Source of the DNA: the human T2T-CHM13v2.0 reference genome, Homo sapiens
Length of the DNA stretch: 64,000 nucleotides
Assembly: GCF_009914755.1 (NCBI RefSeq)
Contig: NC_060929.1
Direction: 5' to 3' (one strand)
Below are positions 59,201 to 64,000 of the stretch, piece by piece. Below the pieces are notes generated by a model. The model made no database searches and was not told the origin of the DNA. It saw only the letters and a program-made list of their open reading frames with translations. The translations under genes and the position numbers were made by a program. Every line of letters starts with the position of its first letter. Positions within the stretch are counted from its first letter, which is position 1.

Positions 59201-61379
59201 TGAAATAATGAAAGGACTATCATGATGAAGTAGTAGTTAGGTCTCCACCCTGAAGGAAAAAGAAAGAGTAAGGCAATTAACCTAATAACTATTTTTAAAA
59301 AAGACCCCAACTTAGACACATAAATTATCTGCAAAACAGGATGTTGTGGTAAGTCTAGTGTTAGAGTCTTCATTATTTTTATATTTATATTTCACCTGTA
59401 GCTAACTTTCAACTGGAATATCTTTCCGCAGGAAACAAGCACCTCCGTTGGAACTGTTCAACTTTCAACTTAATTGGAGAGCTAAAAGTGGTATGTGTCA
59501 CAGGCCCTGAAAAAGAACATGGCCTTTGACTGAGCAATTCCATTTATAGAAAGTTGTTTGTGAAGTAAACTAGTAGATAAAAGCTTAATAGCACCGGAGT
59601 TTGTAACATAAAAATCTGGAACAATTTAAAAGTTCAAAACATAAACAGTGCTTTAAAAATTCCAATATTATTATAGAAGGAAGACTAGAAAGTTGTTTCT
59701 CAAATAATGATACGGTTTAATACTTACTGACATGTAAATACACTTATGGAATATTAATTAAAAAGAAAAGTTGTAACAACATAGACATTAGGCCATGAGC
59801 CAATTTTCATTAAATTCATTCAAATATTCTTTGGGTACTAATACATCCAGGCATTTGTTTTTTAGGCACTGGTGCTCCAACAGTAAATAAGGGAATCAAC
59901 ATGCTGACCTTAGTGGAATTTGCTGCTTATTATATGTAATATAAGCCTGAGAGTGTAGCCATCAACATATTAACAACCATTTGTCTCAGGTTCGTACAGT
60001 ATAGGTGCATATTTTATTTTATTTTATTTTATTTCATAGATAATTTGCATTATTTGTGTAAGCAGCCATTTCAGAAGTCTGAAATGAAAAAAAAAACTTG
60101 CTTCACAAATCATCATGATGATACATTCTATTTGCATAGCACATATGTTTTTCTCCCAAATGTTTCTATGTATATGTATGTCCCTAACCGAAAACTGGAC
60201 CAGCTTCTTCCAGGAAGTAGCCTTTATCCCCTTCCCCTATGCACAGACACTAGGATCCAGATTATTCCAAAATTCAAAGCCAAGAACTAAAGCCAATTAA
60301 GTTTTTCTCCAATATATCACCACATTCTACTGTTACTATTTTTCAAAATCTCACCGTAGTTCATGGTTTATTAATTTTCCTGATTCGCTCATGTAAATAA
60401 GGCGTACTAAGTATGAAGGAGCACAGATATCAACACATTCCAAACAAGGTAAAATAATTTAATTTCAAATTTACTTGAATAGATTATCAGGCTCAGAATC
60501 CTTTTCTTTTTGGCAAAGCAGTTTTTATTGTCCATTTCAATGTGTCTGGAAATAAGTTTGTAGGCTTTATCGGCCAGAATTAAAACTGCCCTTTGAGAGG
60601 TTTACCTTAATATCAACGATATTTCCTTTTTGATAAGATCATAATTAAATATACTTTATGTACATAAATTTGGTCTCTCATTGATTTTACTTTCTTAATT
60701 TTAACTGACCAGAAAATTGGGAAAATTGGACATATCAATTTTATGCTGAATAATGCTTTTGAAATTGTCACTCACAGAAGCTGTCATTGTCACTTAGGTT
60801 GTAGAAAATAATAAATGCAATCAACTTTACACAACTGACACTGTAGCCTAACAATGCAAAGATCTGTAGAAACAGGTGGGGAAATACAAATGCCATTTTA
60901 CACTACATTCAATAGATATTGACAAATACCATTTATCTTTGTAGATCTGATTTGTTCACATTCAAACTGTTAATATAAATGTTGGGGGAAAATTATCCAT
61001 GAGTTTATTGCATTTCTATATGGTCTGGCCATTCTGAGCAAAGGAAATGGTTGAATAATAAACATCTTGGAAACTAGAGACAGTGTATCTCTATATATAG
61101 ACATATACTTCCCAGAAAACATCCCCAGGTATTGAAGAGAAATTCTGGAAGCATTTTCTTGGTTTCCAGTGTAATAAATGTGGAGATGCCTTTCCCCTTC
61201 CCACTTGGAGGAGATTTGCTTACACACTGAAGTAATGAGTACTCTCTCACTCTAGAGGGCAGGATGAGCAGATGTGCCAGTAGTCCTATGAAATCTGTCT
61301 CTTAACAATTTGTGATTCCTTTCTTACAATGTAACCCCACTGCACATGCAGGCCCTCATTGAGTTACCCTGTGAGGAAC

Positions 61380-62300
61380 TGATACAAAATGCTGATCTGG
61401 CTGCTGTCAAGAGGATGAAATAGATAAAGCAAGACATAGACAAGTTCAGAGGTAAGAGAAAGCATTGTATATATGGAGATGGAAATTGGTTGAGTACTTT
61501 TTAATCTTTTTCATGAGTGGAATTATAAGAGAAGAGTCCGAGGGAGGTGGACATCAGTGATGGCATCTTGTATTTTTTATTCCGAAGATTGTAGTATATC
61601 TAGAAGGCTGTGGTGACATCAAAGCATGTTAAGCTTTGGAAAAGAACAACATGGTCAGATTAACATATTAAAGAAATTGCCTGATTGCTCTATTAGGAAC
61701 AGATTAGAGAAACCAAAAGTGGAGGCAAAGATTGTGATTGAAGCTATTGCAGGAGTCGAGGTGAAATGTTGGAGGCCTACTTCAGAGACCAGCTACAATC
61801 AACCTTAAAATCACCAAATGACAATAATCAAACCACAAAAAAGAAGCAGCTGGTGCTTCTGCCTTTTATGGGAGTTTTTACTTTTACATTTCTTCCTTCA
61901 TGTATTCATTCACAAATCCAATGTTTACTCTCTCTGGCCTTATTCCAGGTACTCGGTGTGCAGTGGTGAACAGAATAGCTGTATTGTCTGTACTCACGAG
62001 TAATAGGATTCTAGGAAAAAATTCACGGCATGCTCAGATTTGAAAAAAATAAAGGTAACTTTAACCAAAAAATAAAAGCTGTTTACTTAAGTGTGGGCAA
62101 AATGTTTGTAAAATACAGGTTATTGTGTAAACTCAGGGTAAGTAATAACTATTACTAAGCTGAAGCTTGAAAGGATAAGGTAAGAGAGTGGTGTCCATAA
62201 TTGGAGACAAGAAAGCTCTGTGGAGAGGGACAACTTTGAAGACAGCAGGAACCTTTGTAAGTAAGACATAGACAATCCAAAGGAATCATACAGGTGGAAG
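61380..62300 (-). mobile_element. L2 fragments
   Basis: 'ttcatgtattcattcacaaatccaatgtttac...ccaggtactcggtg', 'ctaagctgaagcttgaaaggataaggtaaga'. Confidence 0.55.
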
Positions 62301-62319
62301 ATAGATACACAAATAGCTC

Positions 62320-62510
62320 ATCCTTGCTTTCCTACCCACCTTTATTCTCTTGCCAGGGATCTCTGGTGGCTGAATCCAATTGCAAGCTGAGCACATGGGA
62401 GCCCTGTGAAGTAGTCCTTTTTGGTCATCTTCTCTGAGAAAAAAAGAGTAGAAATGAGTAGATTTGGGTAGAGAATGGATCTAGACAAGTAAACAGAAGA
62501 CATCTGGCAC
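62320..62510 (-). mobile_element. LTR33-like ERVL LTR fragment
   Basis: Ends 'gagaatggatctagacaagtaaacagaagacatctggcaca', resembling the reverse of the LTR33 start. Confidence 0.55.
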
Positions 62511-62904
62511 ATGGTTTTGCCAGACTATTTTACGCATTTGTCTCCCCTTTTATAGACTGTGCTTAGTGTTTATTTTAACCTGGTTTCAGCCATATAGAAC
62601 ACTGGGGAGATGGGGTTTGAGCTAAGATGTGTTGACTTTCCCTCAGTGAGTTATTTTTCCTGTCCTTACAGCTCTTTATTAGAAACAAGCAGATATTTGT
62701 TGTTAAATCCAATCTGAAATGGGGGTGAGAATTCATTCTTCTTGAAAATTAACAAATTACTTTTCCACAGACCATAGTGGAAATACATACATACACACAC
62801 AGACACACACACAACTTTGAATCTGCTTATATTTTTAAATAATTTTATTACTTCCTTGATAATTGGAAATTATGGCTTTTGATTGATTATGAAAATATAT
62901 TTTA

Positions 62905-63174
62905 CACTTTGGGAGGCTGAGGCAGGTGGATCCCTTAAGCTCAGGAGCTCGAGGCCAGCCTAGGCAACATCATGAAACCCCATCTCTATAAAAAATACAA
63001 AAATTAGCCAGGCATGATGGCATACGCCTGTAGTCTCAGCTACTCAGGAGGCTGAGGAGGGAGGATTGCTTTGAGCCCAGGAGGCAAAGGTTGCGGTGAG
63101 TCCAGATGGTGCCACTGCACTGCAGCCTAGGTGACAGAGAAAGATCTTGTCTCGAAAAATAAAATAGAAAAAAA
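62905..63174 (+). mobile_element. 5'-truncated AluJb
   Basis: Starts at 'cactttgggagg'; J diagnostics 'gaggattgctttgagcccagg'; 13-bp TSD gaaaatatatttt (62891-62903, 63175-63187). Confidence 0.92.
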
Positions 63175-63217
63175 GAAAATATATTTTTATTTTTTCTAAT
63201 AATCTATATTGTTGCCT

Positions 63218-63700
63218 AAACAAAATTCTATCATTTGGGATAACATGGATGAATCTAGAATATATTATGCTAAGTGAAATAAACTAGGCACAGAAAGACA
63301 AACACCACACAATCACATTTATATGTAGAATCTGAAAAATGTTGAATTCATTGAAGTAGAAAGTAAAATGATTACCCAAGTTGGGGCCAGGGGTGGAGAG
63401 TTGAGAGAATGGGGTGTTGCTGTTCAAAGAAACAAAGTTAAGCTAGACAGGAGAAATTGATTTTGAGGTCTATTGTACAGCAAGGTGACTACAATGAATA
63501 ATGTATTGTATATTTTAAAGTAACTAAGACAGTAAATTTCAAACGTATCACAATAAAAAATGTTAAGTGAGGTGATGAATACATTAATTAGCTTAATTTA
63601 CTCATTCTACGTTTGTATACATTTATAAACATATCACATTATACTCCATAAATATAATAAAATTATGATTTATCAATTAAAAATAACATTAATTTAAAAA
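63218..63700 (+). mobile_element. L1MA (MA4-7-like) 3' fragment
   Basis: 'aacatggatgaatctaga...atgctaagtgaaataa...ggcacagaaagacaaa...gtgaggtgatgaatacattaattagctt'. Confidence 0.85.
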
Positions 63701-64000
63701 GAAAGTATTGGAAATCAGATTATCCTATTATTTAAAGTTTTAACAATGACATGCCTTTAGAAATAGAAAAAACAAAAAATTTGATATAATTAAAATATGA
63801 TTTCCTATATTTTATCACCATATTTTTACTGTTTCCCAATAATTTGAACCCTCATGTATATATTTTATTTCAATAATATTTTATACATTTATTAAGCTTT
63901 TTTGTGTGATTTAATATGTAATGACTATTGTTTTGGTAAATAGTTTATGAATCCACTACATAAACTGTGACTTAGTGTCTTCCATACATCAGGCATATTC

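Overview
This is AT-rich, repeat-dense primate genomic DNA, almost certainly human because it carries a near-consensus AluYb8, a human-specific subfamily. It reads as intergenic or deep-intronic sequence. I see no host protein-coding gene, tRNA/rRNA, CRISPR array or prokaryotic system, and the ORF track consists of spurious, Alu-derived or broken LINE-1 ORFs. The centre is dominated by two minus-strand LINE-1s in tandem. The first is an old L1PA13-16-like copy (~36.7-41.9 kb) with TSDs and an internal 5'UTR/ORF1 deletion. The second is a full-length L1PA6/7-like copy (~42.4-48.5 kb) that has lost its poly(A) end and sits inside a MER4-group ERV1 LTR. The rest contains ten Alus, MaLR LTRs (THE1, MST, MLT1), DNA transposon fossils (Tigger3b, MER20, MER33, MER5A, MER3) and L2/MIR/L1M fragments. 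The most unusual signals not explained by repeat annotation are (i) three consecutive 8-bp hairpins with near-identical loops inserted in a THE1 LTR, (ii) an 80-bp copy of the local Tigger3b pasted 1.37 kb downstream, and (iii) a fold-back junction replacing the L1 tail. These look like templated DNA-repair scars. There are also candidate regulatory and splice signals. I found no evidence for a new biological system. All repeat subfamily names come from recalled consensus similarity, not from a database search.
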